A stretch of 61,094 nucleotides of DNA, filler included, from Sphacelaria rigidula (GCA_964200075.2; 10 parts of 10 records of this genome joined end to end with filler, not necessarily neighbours in it); one strand, 5' to 3'. Numbered from the whole stretch's first letter, positions 1-13,071 are shown. Notes: generated from the letters alone by a model not told the origin. A program made the numbers and translations.

Positions 1-99
1 CGACGATCTGACTTGAAATTTCGAGCAACAAATGGCCCAAAATACCCCCCCCTATTGTAGGATGACTCATGGGCGGAATTACTGCAAACGACCCCGAAA

Positions 100-2760
100 G
101 TGGGATCGCAGTCGGTTTGTCGGATGGTCTCCAGTGCACTTTTTGTGGGGGGGCTATCTCGGCATCAGTCCGATGGGCACCCAGGAGGTTACTGATCGCG
201 GCAGAAAGTTTTCCGGCGAAACTCCAGCCGTTATCGGACAACAAGCGTTTGGGTACACCCCATTGCGGAATATATGCGTACACAAGGACGCTGGCTGTGC
301 CTGCCGCACTATAAGTAGTTCCGAAACAGCATGCATCACCGCGTGTCGACTCCACCGATCCGTAAACAACAAAATGTACTTGTTACCACTATCAGAGAGA
401 GGCAACGGACCAAAGGATTCCCATGAAACTACCTCACCAGGCCTGTTGGGGAGTGGCATGGAATGAACTGGCCATCGAACCGTTTTGCGCGGAGTTTTGC
501 GCGCCTGACACAAAAACCAACGCCTTACCCACAAACGTACACGCTGATCCATAAAAATCCACCAATATAAATGCTCAAGTATCTAGGAGGTCCTAGCGAC
601 TCCCAGATGTGTCGATGCTTGCGAATGGCATTCATGGAGAACCCATGGACGCAGAACCATCGGCACATGAATTCGTGTGGGATCATCACCTAGCAAACAG
701 GCATGTTCACTGGTAGCTTTCCCCACACGAAGGGGCGCTGTAGGCCGGCGAACTAAAAGAACAACGCCATCAGCATTCGTGTAATGCATACATTTTCGCG
801 ATAGTTCAATAACTTCATCCTGTGTGGGGGCTTTGTGGTTCCCAACAGGCAAGAGGCATTTAGTTGCTGAAAAGAGAGACGGGCAGCCTTTGAGTAGATA
901 ATGTATCACCACTCTACAAGCAGGTCCCTCTTGTTGTTCCCTGGCCCAATCGGCGCGGGAGAAAAGGATCAAACGTTACTGAAATACACTATCCGATGGT
1001 TTGTCCAAAAGGGGTTCGTGTCACGGCGGTGTTGACTCGAATCAGGGATATTTGGATCATGGGCGGGGGGATCAGTCAATGTATCTTCAAGCGAAACGTT
1101 GTCTCCGATTCCGACGTCGACTAGCGCATCGGATGATCAGGCATCAGTGGGGACACCGTCACCGGAAAAGGGGGGCAAAGCCGAGGCTTCGTCTATGGGA
1201 GGAAGGGGTGCCGTGGATGGGGTCGATCTTCTGAGGGCCTTGCACCGCGGTGGTTGATGGAGCGCAAGGGAAATATCGGGCACCGGGATGGGGGTCGGGG
1301 TGGGAAGGTCCGGGCCAGAGACCGCCGGGGTTGTGGCCGTCTGGATGGCCCGTCGCCCTCGGATTTCAGTCGAGATGACATCTCGAACTTGAACCGAGAT
1401 GACGAAGTCAGTTCCAGACGGGTCTACATCTGCAGTACAAACCATTCGATGGCCAGTTGTACGGAACTGATCATACCCATACGTGTTTGTACTACTTCTA
1501 TTCCAGACTGAACACAACGATCGTGGTGGCATACTGCCTAGTATAGAAGCGTGAGCGGTAGTCGTCAGCCCATCCATGCCAAGTGACGAGTTGTTGTTCA
1601 GTGAGAGTGGTGTGTAGATTCCACAATGACCGTTTCTGCTAATGAAATATACAATGTCTTCGGTGGAATCCGTGATGCGTCCCCAGGCGGAGCTATCGAT
1701 GGGTTGGGCCGAGATGGGCAAGCGAAACAGGTAATTAGCGTTTGCGTTTTGAGGTCCCTGTTCGATACTTCAGCGTGAAGTTGTTAGTAGACAGGATTTC
1801 AAACCAGCGTTGGACGCGGGCGTTGTGTTCCGTCATTTTGGCGAGGTTTTCCAGAGACTTATGACCTGTATAAATCATGAACGGAATGCCATACAAGTAC
1901 TGACAGAGACGTCTCACTCCGCAAACAATCGCACCGGCTTCTTGCTCCATGACCGACCAGTTATATTTGTTTGGGTAGGTGGTTCGACTCAAATATACAA
2001 TGGGGCAAACATTAGCATGTGGTTGTTCCTGTTCCAACATGCAGCTAAACCCAATTTAGGAGGAATCCATGGGAAGTCGGAACGGACGTGAACCATTCTC
2101 ACGGGCCAACCAGTCTGGGAAAACCAAGGTTGGTGGTCGTGAGAGTGTGTCAAGCAGTTGGCGTACTGTTTTCTCCATTTCCGACGTAAACACGAATTTC
2201 ACTCCTTTTTTTTCGAGAAGGGATGTGAAGGGTTTGAGGGTTTGGGCTAGGCTCGGCAAACACTATCGGTAGTAGCTCAAACCGCCGAGCAAGGAGCGCA
2301 GGTGAGACGTATGCCGTGGCATGACATATTTGTAAGTGCGGCAACCTTGTTGAGGTTTGGGCTACGAGCTTCAGGAAAGATGCAGTGGCCTAGGAATTCG
2401 ATGCTAGTCGCTCGAATGCGGGATTTGGATGGGACGAGTTTCAATTTATGTTGATCAACGCGAGCGAAGAAGGGTGCCAAGTGCTCAGCATGTTCTGAAG
2501 GGTGCTACCGTGTATGACCGCATCATCGGGGTCATGACACTTGGAGAATCCATCAGTCACACGGACGTCACATTTTGGAACGATCCCGGGGCGCCGGCGG
2601 CACCTTGTGGTGTACAGGCCAGACGGCGTACAAAAAATCGTCAGTTCTTTAGATTGCAGATTTATCGCAAGGTGGTGGTAAGTTGACGCACTATGTTCTT
2701 CGTTCAGGGAGGCAGCATCCATGATCGCAGTTCCGCTGAATGGATCCGGTTCAAATTCTG
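100..2760 (-). mobile_element. pol: Degenerate Ty3/gypsy LTR retrotransposon pol (RT-RNase H-integrase)
   Basis: Minus-strand frameshifted fragments in gypsy order: RT (KLKLVPSKSRIRATSIEFLGHCI, 2277-2480), connection/RNase H (PPTLVFPDW...FRL; PIVYLSR...EAGAIV..VRRL..YLYG..F.IYT.HKSL..RVQRW, 1735-2259), zinc-binding region (HVPMVLRPWVLHECH..HLGVART, 583-972), integrase core (FGPLP..GNKYILLFTDRWSRH, 154-552). Confidence 0.9.
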
Positions 2761-5700
2761 GCAAGAAGTCATCGACAAACCGTGTTTGTGACTGTGGGTG
2801 GCGGTTTTAAAACACACACACTGGTGACTTTTCGGAACAATATTTCTGTCCGAAGGTGAGTCCGGGCACGGAGTGTCGTTTACAGTTGTTGGGGAATCTG
2901 TCGAGTGTTGAATTTCGTATACTGGAAGGGATGGACGATGCCTGGGGAGCGCAGTTGTCATGGCTGGGCGCAACAACTGTTGCGTTTGCTTTGGGATGCC
3001 TCGGTCGGCCGCAACAAGGAGCGAAGCGTCAGTTTGCGAAGTTGGCGAGGTTACAGCATCTAGTACGGGCAAACGAGGGGACGTTTCGGCAAAGGACGGA
3101 GGCGAATTGGCCACATCAGTCAATTTGCCATCCGTGTTGATTGAGGCTAACGTTGGTAGAAAAGGGGACGAACGGCCAAGCGTGGACGGCTTGTCGGTCA
3201 CTACGCTATGTTTTCCTTGTGATGAAGACTCAGACGGGGGGGGTTATGACAAGGAGACGAATGCCCAATTAGCAGCGAGGTATCTGACCCACGAGATGAC
3301 AGCGCTATTGTGTGAGGGATCGGCAGGGAGCAGTGTTGATCTGTTCGAAATCCGGGAAGCACCGGCCTGGTCGACAGTATCGCCTTCATCCAATGAAACC
3401 CACACCAGTTCACGATCTCGGTGGACGGGTGCAACTGCGTCATCGTTGATATTAACAGGGTCATCCGGAGGAGCCCGCTGAGGGTGACGCATATAGCGCA
3501 CCAAAGGTTCGGCTGCTCCGGGGGCTATTGGGAATTGGTCAAGGACAGTCCGCCCTCGGCCACGCTCGTGGCGCTACACCAGCGCTATTACTTGGGGTTT
3601 CTCCTTCCCCACCCGCTGAGCGACGGAAAGCCAGGGTTCGACACGATTGCGCTCCGTGCACGAAAAATTACGCTCACCAAATAAAAGGGGAGCGGGCACC
3701 GACGTCCTTTCGTTCGTTGATGTACCAGGGGTCGGCTTGGCACCTAAGTCTGTTCGGAGGCTGGTGTGTGGCCCTGGTTTTACTATCCTACGACGACCGG
3801 TCGCAGGGGTAACAGCTTCCGCGCCAAAAGATGATCGTGCTTCGGGTGCGGGAGGTATTACACTGCATGACTGCCGATCCCGCGAGGAAAAAGGATCCAA
3901 CTAGTTATGATTAATATCACTTGGAGATAAAACCAGGTGATCACCTCCATAATTAACACACTGGGGTTGGTAATTGCGCACTTGGGAGTCATGCAAAGGT
4001 ACACGGGGTTCTACTGCCATGGAACCCATCATGACAGTCTGATCGAGCCCAATGTACCCTCACCACGATCCTGAACCTGTGCCGGTCGACATTGATTCAG
4101 TTCTGTGATGTGCGTCTACTGGTGGAGCGAAAGAAAAGAGGGGGGGCACTTCCGCGGCGTGTTGCCGCCAATCGTTGCTTCTCTACTGTGGGCCTGTGGC
4201 AAACAATCGGGAATGAGCGCAAAGTGCATTTAAAACGTGCAGAGGATGACGGCCTGATTTTGAGGCAGTGGTACACTCTAGATCGCCCCACTGTATGCTT
4301 ATTTGAAAGCGCGGGCTTTGGTATATTTCCAAAACAGCATCAAGTGGCCCGTGTAGCATCAGTGGAGGGGCAGAAATCAATTGGTGGGGCTCAGCCGTTG
4401 TGCGAAGTCCAATCACGAGGGGGCGTCTGCCGTCTTATGATTGACCCTGTGTATGTGGGTGAAAGGTGGCAGAATAAGATATGGGTAGGCCCAGGGCCGA
4501 AGCCTTTGCGCCCGAGCCTACAAATACGACTGATTGCATTGTGAGTTGAGATTGCTGTGATCACTACCGTAGTTACAATATCAAATCGGGGGTGGTTGTT
4601 TGAACCCCGCGAATCGCGATGTTGAGGTCGACGCTTTGAACGCATAAACGCTGCCAGGTATGCCAGTATTGTAAGGATTTGGATCGAAACGAACAGTTTG
4701 AGCACACTGAACGCGTTTGTGAAAGGGTTATCACAGGTGCATAAAATGTATGGGTACGCAATCGGTTGCGGTAAACCCAGTATGTTTATGAAACCAAATA
4801 AATGCCACAAGATTGACATGTATCCCCACAGGGGCGGATCAAGTTAGTCCAAAAAATGGGGTCGACGTAACGGGTCTATATCGGTGTTTCCGAAAGGGTC
4901 CGTGGACGTGCTGACATGGTGTGCTTATCGCCAAATGTTCGGTACGAAAAGCCGAGGAGAGAATCGACTCGTAATCACGACGGGGGTTGGACCCGTCGCT
5001 GAAAACATTACCTAACCGACTTACTTATTCCATGTATCATCAATTTCAGCCAGTGAGACGGAACAGTGAAAAGCATCCGTACTGCTGAAATTTGAATCAA
5101 GAAGGGCAAGAAAGTAAGGAAACGTCATGAGAGACTCCGTCGTGCTGGTAAGGTGCCATGAAATCGACGGGGTTTGTCAAGTAAGTACTGGTTGTATCAA
5201 GCACAATCGAAAGTATACACCGTGGATGACGGTACCATATTGAAGTTCATATACACTAATACCGCACAGATGCCCAGCAACACAGCACAGTTCAGTCTGC
5301 ATGCAAAGGGGGAAGGGGAGTGGGCGGAGGATCTGGTACAGATGAAAGCACCCCGGCTATTGAAAAAAGAGGAGGTCACGCGGGGGGGAAAGGGGGGGTC
5401 GCGTTTGATGTACAACACGTGATTGATCCGGGTGTACAACAAGTAGAGGGGCTCTGACGCAAGTGTCTCCGCAAGAGCTGTATTGCAGGAATGGCGGCAG
5501 CACGTGCACGCTGTTGTATAGCAAGCGCAAACGCCCGCATGCGTTCACGATGCCGGCGGCGTATGCGTGCTTCGAGGTTAAAGCTGACAATACGCGACAC
5601 AGCCCTACCCATCACGAAGTCCGTTTTCAACCCAACAAAGAGAGCCGGGCAGCGGAGACAACAAAAGCAAGTACTGAGGTCCGCCCGCGTGTGCGGTAAA

Positions 5701-5871
5701 CAATCAACTGGTCCTATAAAACGAAACTCCGTCAGCCAGCGCACCCGTCGAGTGAAAAAACAAATAAACTGGCTTGACACCAGTACGCAGCACCAGAGAT
5801 ACAGCAACTCGAACAAGCAAAACAGAGAGAAGCTTCAGCTGAACCCCCCAACTGTCAAGTGATTTGATGGT

Positions 5872-5908
5872 GACACTTTCTACGATAGCCCCCCCCCCAA
5901 GACCAGCT
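5872..5908 (+). repeat. DNA-transposon-like terminal sequence; inverted related copy at 6191-6227 on the next contig
   Basis: GACACTTTCTACGATAGC(C)nAAGACCAGCT versus the reverse complement of 6191-6227, GACACTTTCTAGGATAG(C)nAAAAACCAGCT. Confidence 0.55.
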
Positions 5909-6020
5909 CAGCCTGGTCCGGCGAGAACCCGGCGTGCTCCGTCCCGGCTTTGTAGGGGCGGACCCCCGATAGGGTTGGCGTCGCTTGGCGATGATGCTAT
6001 AAAACACGCCACTCACTACG

Positions 6021-6120
6021 NNNNNNNNNNNNNNNNNNNNNNNNNNNNNNNNNNNNNNNNNNNNTTAATTAATTAANNNNNNNNNNNNNNNNNNNNNNNN
6101 NNNNNNNNNNNNNNNNNNNN
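6021..6120. other. Artificial contig linker (N44-TTAATTAATTAA-N44), one of nine
   Basis: Identical 100-nt linkers at 6021-6120, 12141-12240, 18261-18360, 24381-24480, 30500-30599, 36619-36718, 42738-42837, 48857-48956 and 54976-55075. Contig lengths are 6020 x4 then 6019, i.e. size-sorted concatenation. Confidence 0.98.
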
Positions 6121-6439
6121 TATGAGGCGCGTCATGCAGCCTGAACCCGAACATCAGGCGCTGTCTGGCCATTTTTTTCGTGACACTTTTAGCTGGTTTT
6201 TGGGGGGGGGCTATCCTAGAAAGTGTCTTACCGGATTATCAAGTATAGGTCTCTTGCAACTTGTCGATCGACAAAAATTGCGAAAGGCCTATACTTAACT
6301 CGGTACAATTCTGGTCGATTGCATCTATCAGCCATATACTGTATATTGTCCAGGGTGTGTAAAGCATGAGTGTGTCACATCGCTCGAGTACCTTAGTTAT
6401 CTTGGCCATTTGTGTGGGAACGTTTCAAGGGCAGGTCGG

Positions 6440-6750
6440 GTAGGTTATGTACTTTTGAGTACCCGGACAAAGTATCCGGGTGGTCACTCTACCGAAGTTT
6501 TGGGTAAAATACCTACGATCTCGATACTCTACCCAAAAAATCGGCAGAGTTGGGTATAATCCCAATATTTTACCCGCATAGTGTCTATAGTTGAGTATGG
6601 TCTTGATACTTCACCCCAAAAATGGGTGAGCAATCTCAGAAATACCCGGGTGTAAACTATCGCTCGGGTATCACCTCAACACTCTACCCAAAAATTGGGT
6701 AAGTAATCTCAGCACTACTCAGGTGTAGAGTATTACTTGGGTATAATCAG
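6440..6750. repeat. Array of degenerate ACTCTACCC-AAAAA-GGGTA short palindromic units (likely transposon subterminal repeats)
   Basis: The motif recurs near 6486, 6526, 6608 and 6681, with TACCC/GGGTA arms. Confidence 0.55.
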
Positions 6751-6904
6751 AGTAACGCTGACCGTGTATGACGTCGTAACGTCACTTCACAAACTACCTC
6801 GACTGTGAGGACGACTGATGACCACCACTAACGAAAGAAAGGGTGTGGTTTCATCCCCACAAAAGAGCCTGGATCCGTTATTGAGGTTCAACATCTTAAT
6901 TAAT

Positions 6905-9900
6905 GAGTTTCAACTCGAAAGCAGCGCTTTCCCTGACCCAAAGTCATGACAAATGAATTTCTTATGGACGACCTCATGCCCCCCGACCTCCCTAAAACTA
7001 TTTTGGGGGGTTGCCAGTCAACTGCAATGATGGCGATACACAGCTGTAGGATGTCTCTAAAGTTATGTTCTCGGCGAAATCTAGCTCAATTCCACACTAA
7101 CCCGTAGGAAAAGGCGAAGGTGAGGTTATCAAGCGTTTTCCTGTGCTCCAGGAAATGTCCATACCAAAAATCGTCATCATTCGCTGTATATATTGTTCGT
7201 GGTTTTCATATAGACTATAGTGTGGACGCCATCTCTGTGCGGTGTAGGAGCAACTAGACACGGAGTTTAATCAACGACAAAAAAATGGCGCAGACGTATG
7301 AGCAGACGGGCACCTTGCCCTTGATCAGACGATTAATACGATATGCGGATCACGGCCAAACTCGTCTGTGTCGATGAGATATTGCTGTGAGAGCTCAAGT
7401 CCACGGCGGCTAGGTCGGCCCAGCTGGTGATTGCACCGCATTCAGGTGGTTCTCACGAATGGGGATATTTTCACCCGTAGCATGCAAACACCGAGGCGTC
7501 ACGTTCACCCGGTAAAAAAGACGTTACAAACATGTCCATGCCGTCGTCACTGGAGTGGCGCATGAAACATGCTTAGGGGATCGCCGCGTAAGGCGTAACG
7601 CACACGCATACACACGCTGTCGTCCCTTCGGTTGTCAGCGAGGCCGTGATCTCTCGGCATCAAAAGGGTGATGCTGCGGACATCACGCCGATGTGTGATT
7701 CGGAGTTCAGGGGGTCACATCGACCGTCCGGCGCGCTGCGGATGGTTCCGTATGGGTCATGTCGAAGAGATAGCGGTGAAGAGCGCCTTCCGACGTTTTG
7801 ATACAACCTTCAGCACGTTGGTGATACCAACGATTCCCAGCTGTTTGCTCGCTGTCAAAATCCAATCTTGTCCTATTATACCCACCGAACAGAGACGATG
7901 CCTGTGCGTTGGTAGTGCTACACAGCATTGAAAAAGGTCAAGTTGGAGAACCATGGTTTGGCTCAGATTTGTTTTTTTTTGCGTCAAAGCACTCGTGCGG
8001 TCTTGATTGATGTTCACCCTCACGCAGAACCGGCGAGTCGCCCAGGGGCGTCGGCAGACCAATGTCATACTCTTGTACATCCAAGGGCGCACTGACTGAC
8101 AATGCACGAAAAACCATTCCTTTGCACACGAGGCACGATCGATGACCACCTCCTCGAGAAGACAACCTTGAATAGTACAGATCTAAGCGCATAACTTATC
8201 TACAGGAACAACGTCGAGAAAAAAATGAAACGAGCGGGCTCGATCAAAACGCGAAATCATCATCAGCGTCGTTGCCCGCTCCCGTTGCCGAGTCCTCTCT
8301 CTCCGACCCGCTGCATTCCGAATCTATATCTCAATCCAGTTGACACTGTCGTTGGCACCGGCGCCGCAAGAAACGTTCGCGGGATTTTTCCCACCCAGAC
8401 CTCTTCCGTCTATACCTCCACCCGCCGCAGTTGCCACCTCCGGCGGTGTCGTTGCTCTTGCCCCCCCCCACTCACCCGCCTGACGCCGCCGCTGAGTTCG
8501 ACTGGCAGGCAGTCACTGCCAGTCCGCCGCCAGCAACACTAGCCCCCGTCGCTGCTATTCCTGCTCCCGCCGCCACCCTCCACCGTGACTCGCCCAGCAA
8601 CACTGCTATATTCGACTGCCGGGCTGCCTCCCCTTGCCCGCGGACAACACACCGCCGCATCCCGCCGCGTCGCCTGCTACCGCCGCTCCCACAGATTGCT
8701 GGGTGGATCCTGCCGCGCTATTACCACGACACGCGCACCGCCAACCTTTCTCGCCATTCTTTGCCCGCCTGTAACCGCTGCGGCGCAGGATCCCAAGACA
8801 GGCCCGTCTGGGCCTTCATTGGCGGCACCCATGCGGGGTGCAGTAGTCGCTACCCACGCACCCCCCATTCGCCGTCGTGGAAGCTTCACCACCGCGCTCC
8901 CGTCCAACGCGTCTTCCTACTCCCGCCAGAGTCGTTGGCGTGAATTCACCAAGAAAATGCAATATTATGATCGCATGCGTGACGGTCCAGCACTGTTGTC
9001 GAGTGGTACCTCTTTGAATATGCCGCTGGTCAGGTGATTCCACATTTACTTGTCTCCCGAGGCAAGCTCTGGAAGCCTGGCCCTCGGGGAAGGGCCATCG
9101 TCGACGTGGAGTGGAACTTTACGTCGCACTTTTGGAGCCTATCTGCTCGCGCTCGTTGCTCATGCGCATCAGTAATTCCCACGGTGTCTGCATCATCGTA
9201 TGCAAACACCATCTCGGTCCCAGTGTCCGTTCATTTAGTACGCACCTCAACCACATAGTAGGCTTCGACTGCTGGGCACCAGTCCTCTGTAGCCGATGCT
9301 TCCATGGTAACGGTGCCCGGTGCTCCGTCGAAGAGCCGACTGTCTCTCCGGCGCCGGCACCGCCCGCCGGCGCTTTCCGCTGTTAGCATTGGATGGAACA
9401 GTTCTTGTCCATATTTCGCGGAAGCCTACCAATTCCGTACTGGCATGGAAGGTACAGAACATCGTTTTCCTAATGCCCGCGATACCGTGGATCGCCGCGG
9501 AGGCTCAGCCCTCGCAACGGCACTTGCGTCATTCAGCAACAACGGGGTTCGAGGACAGAAGACATGGCGGTGGCGATGCCTGCTGATTCGTGCTGAAACT
9601 CTTTTTCGCTCCCAGGGCCCAGGTGTTATTATGGTGGCGGAGGGCATCGCCTACCCTAATGCCAAGTGGAGGCGCTGCCCTATTCTCATTCGACAGAGGC
9701 GATGTTACGGCGGCGCCCGCAGGTTGTACTTCAGTGGCGGCGTCCGGTGGTACGGGTGGCGTTACAGAGGCGTCCGGTGCTTCGGCACGTATTTCTTCGC
9801 CTTGGAGCATGGAGTTTAATCCCCCGCCGCCATGAGTCTCCTGCGGCAGCTCCCCCGCCTTTGCGCGGGGTGGTGCCGACTTTGTTGAGAAATATTGTCG

Positions 9901-10300
9901 GCCGATTCGATGGCGATAACTCCCATCTGTTTTGTTTCCACACCGACATACTCGAGACTTGACAGGCCGTACCTTCCCTACCCGATCGACTAGTTGGCTT
10001 TTGATGCTCTGCGCTGCGCCAGTCGCTACGTCCCTTCACCACCCCCTGGTTTTCTACAACTTCTCCATCAGCGGTCGCACCTGGCGCCCCCTCGTCACGT
10101 TTCGGTGCACTCGCTTTGTTTTTCCCCTAGGATTAAGGACTCAGTCCGTTTCACGCTGCGCCTCCGCGGCCAACGTGGCCCCCGGTCATTTCCACTAGAT
10201 CTTCCACCGGAACTGCACGTTCGGAGTCTGTCGGTCGAGACCTACTCTCAACGACGGATATGGCATGTGTCGGACAGGATGGCAACCCAAGTGATCCAGG
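6905..10300 (-). mobile_element. Possible decayed DIRS/Ngaro-like tyrosine-recombinase retroelement relic
   Basis: Across frameshifts, minus strand 7005-6910 reads NSFR..GG...IRNSFVMTLGQ[W]KSAAFEL, resembling the YR HxxR...GxW motif. Upstream QQYL...APFF segment and GC-rich low-complexity ORF remnants at 8200-10300. No RT seen. Confidence 0.3.
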
Positions 10301-10568
10301 TGCTTCACTGTGTAGAGGGCATGGAATAACGATAGATGGGTGCAAGGTCTCAGCTGATTGGTCTGTTCAAATTGCGAGCGTGGGAGTCAGGGATTAATGT
10401 GAAAGTCTGTTGAAAAAAAATCAATGTGTTCCCCATTTTGTTAAAAAGCCACGATCATCAACGGAAACGTGAGCGAAGCACTCAGATGCGTGCAATCCTC
10501 AGCATTTATAGTTCAAAGGGTTATACTCCAACAGCGGACTTGTGGTGTCTTACCTCCGGGTCAATTTT

Positions 10569-10780
10569 TGGTGTCATATCAGTTGGTATTCCTTCTGATG
10601 GTTGGGACGTGGGATTCGAATCTCAGTGGAGCCACAAGATCTGGAATGTTTTTAACATCATGCCCAACAGTGGAGAGTGACTATATCGTGGGTACACAGA
10701 GTTTGAGTTCACGGTCGACGAGGGAAAGGGACCGCGGAACCCTTCTCACGATCAAAGACAGGGCAAGCACCGCAGAAGGA

Positions 10781-10821
<41 letters not shown>

Positions 10822-11170
10822 GCCGTCCCATTCATTATGGACGCCGCTCCACACCATTCGGTATATGTGGGCGCACCAGCCGGGTTCACACAGGAGGAAG
10901 GCCAACACAAAAGTCTTTCCTTATTTGTTTGTCTTAGTTCTCCACCTTACTTCTGGGGTGCTTGCCATTACTTTTCATCGTGAGAGGGGTTCCGCGGTCC
11001 CTTTCCCTGGTCGACCATCAAGTCGAATTTGTGTGGAATGCTAAAACAGAGAAAAAAACTCTTGTGTTGACCTTCCTCCTGCGTGACCCCGACTGACGCG
11101 TCCACATGCACCGCAAGGCGTAGGCTGGCGTCGAGAACAGACAGATCATAACACACACACTCACACACAC
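10569..11170 (+). mobile_element. tRNA-derived SINE family A with (CA)n tail, split by an inverted copy of itself
   Basis: Head with A-box-like TCAGTTGGTA and B box GGATTCGAATC (10612-10622). The 5' part (10569-10782) and 3' part (11043-11170, ending in (CA)n) are both colinear with the copy at 22237-22546. Confidence 0.8.
10783..11035 (-). mobile_element. 5'-truncated antisense copy of SINE family A; its tail is the (GT)n at 10783-10820
   Basis: Reverse complement matches the SINE A body (CACCAGCCGGGTTCACACAGGAGGAAGG; CCCTTTCCCTGGTCGACC). Confidence 0.85.
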
Positions 11171-12534
11171 ATGTTGCGTTTGGACTACCCCTGCCGGTGT
11201 CTGAGCAGGCATCCAGACGTTGCATCCCACGGGTGAGCCTTGGGGATCGTTCACATCTATCGTGAGCAAATGTCCCGGAGGGTGGGTGGGTGAAGGATTG
11301 AGAACCAATGCTTGTGATCCAACGTGTCTTATATCACGAAGTTCTCATGGTGTGCCGACCTACGGTAACGCAGTTGCTCTTCTTCCCCTCATATCTGATG
11401 GTCGCAGCTTGCGATCGTGATACTGTCTGTAGTATCGTTCAACTTCGCAAGTCGAAATCTATGCCCATCTCACCTCGGTTAGTGTCGATCCGTGTAGAGA
11501 GCCGTTTGAACCCGGGTGCAGGCTACCAACGTATGCCTCTTTTGTCAAGAGGGGCACGAGCACCGATGTACATCTTCGCTCATGGACAACGCAACATACG
11601 GAGTTACTCGTAACCCACGACCACAGTTACCAGAACTCGGGTCTAAAAGGCTTGGACCCGACCGCCATATACATGTGCACTACTGTACGCCAGTGGTACA
11701 TGGCGTTTTCTTCTTCAGTCCTGCGCCAAAAGAAAAATATATATATTCCAGAACAGAATTCGAGCTCTTTTCACCCCCTAGCGCGCTGCTGCAACGCCCA
11801 ACCCCGGATCTAGAGGCATGGACTTGTCGATTGTCGTCTACATGAGATGTCAACGAAGTTTCGGGGCATTGAAGCGACGACAGCGCGCGCATGACCGTGC
11901 CTCCTGCCCTGAGCATCTCTACAGTCGATACCGGAATATGTTTTCTATAGATTGTCATCATCCACCGGCGGCGGCAGAAATTATCTATGTTTGTTTGCGA
12001 GCACTTCAGCCTGCCAGGTGGTTACGATGCGGAAGTGAGTGCGCTATCACGTCCACATGTGCATTCACTCACGGTACACAGCATCTCGGCCGCCAGGTAA
12101 TCGTTTTGAGGCCATACAGACGGTATTACCCAAAACTGGANNNNNNNNNNNNNNNNNNNNNNNNNNNNNNNNNNNNNNNNNNNNTTAATTAATTAANNNN
12201 NNNNNNNNNNNNNNNNNNNNNNNNNNNNNNNNNNNNNNNNGTGCTCGCGAAAACGGCAAAAAAAAACGTTCACAAAGACTTGCAAATGGGAACGAGATAT
12301 GTCACTTTTCCTCCAAGCGAGCTTATATTTCGCCCCAGAGGAAGTATTATTTAGATGAGATAGAGCGCTCATATCTTCTTTTGAGACTCCGAAAAACAAA
12401 GCTAAATAAACACGAAACAAGACAACAAGAGAGAGACATCAGGCCGCTTCTTATGACGAGCAAAAATCATATATTTCGTCAGTTTTGTTCGCCCCAAAAA
12501 TCTGCCTGGTATTCTCTTTGATCACTTGTTATGG

Positions 12535-12594
12535 CAACAACAACAACAACAACACCAACACCACCACCACCACCACCACCACCAACAACAACAA
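12535..12594. repeat. Compound (CAA)n/(CAC)n microsatellite
   Basis: Directly visible trinucleotide run. Confidence 0.95.
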
Positions 12595-12808
12595 CTGAGA
12601 GTTACCACGTTTTTTCCGGAAAGGCGTTTTAGCTGAGTTTTGGGACGGGATTCCTGACCTGTGTCTACGATCACGTAATTGCGACCGTCCACAACCGCCG
12701 CAGCCAATGCGCGGCAAGACAGTGTACTAGGGCAAAAAACGGCGTACTGTTGGATACTGCGGTATTACGATTACAGCAGATAAATAAATACGATGTACCC
12801 GTGGGAAA

Positions 12809-12886
12809 GGGGGGAGGGGCGTACTCATTTATTGCTTGCCTTAGTCGTTTGACCATTGACTACGCATTCCTTTCGAGACGGAGCAC
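12809..12886 (-). mobile_element. Poly(C)-tailed non-LTR retroelement 3' end (short copy)
   Basis: Reverse complement TGCTCCGTCTCGAAAGGAATGCGTAGTCAATGGTCAAACGACTAAGGCAAGCAATAAATGAGTACG followed by a C-rich tail. Homologous to 30431-30499, 48641-48773 and 53154-53230. Confidence 0.8.
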
Positions 12887-13071
12887 GTGGGGGAAGTGGG
12901 GTGAACATGCGAACCCATATCACCCGTGTAGTGTTGCATGAATTGAATTTACTACATGAAACAATGTGCTGCTTGGGATGCAAAAGTCCACAAGTATGGC
13001 CGCCTAGACAGGGAACTACAAGATCTGCAGTTACGCCAGTAGGAACAGCATGGTTTGTACGAGACGGGAGC

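Noticed and set aside
6065..6076. Regularly spaced TTAATTAATTAA motif every ~6.1 kb
   Set aside because: It is an assembly linker with stops in all six frames, embedded in N runs; not biological.
5872..6227. Inverted terminal repeats apparently bracketing one transposon across the first gap
   Set aside because: Contigs are ordered by length, so adjacency is arbitrary; contig ends often fall in the same high-copy repeat.
6810..6845. Hammerhead-like CTGATGA...GAAA cores (also 14807, 15093)
   Set aside because: No supporting stems I-III could be formed by eye.
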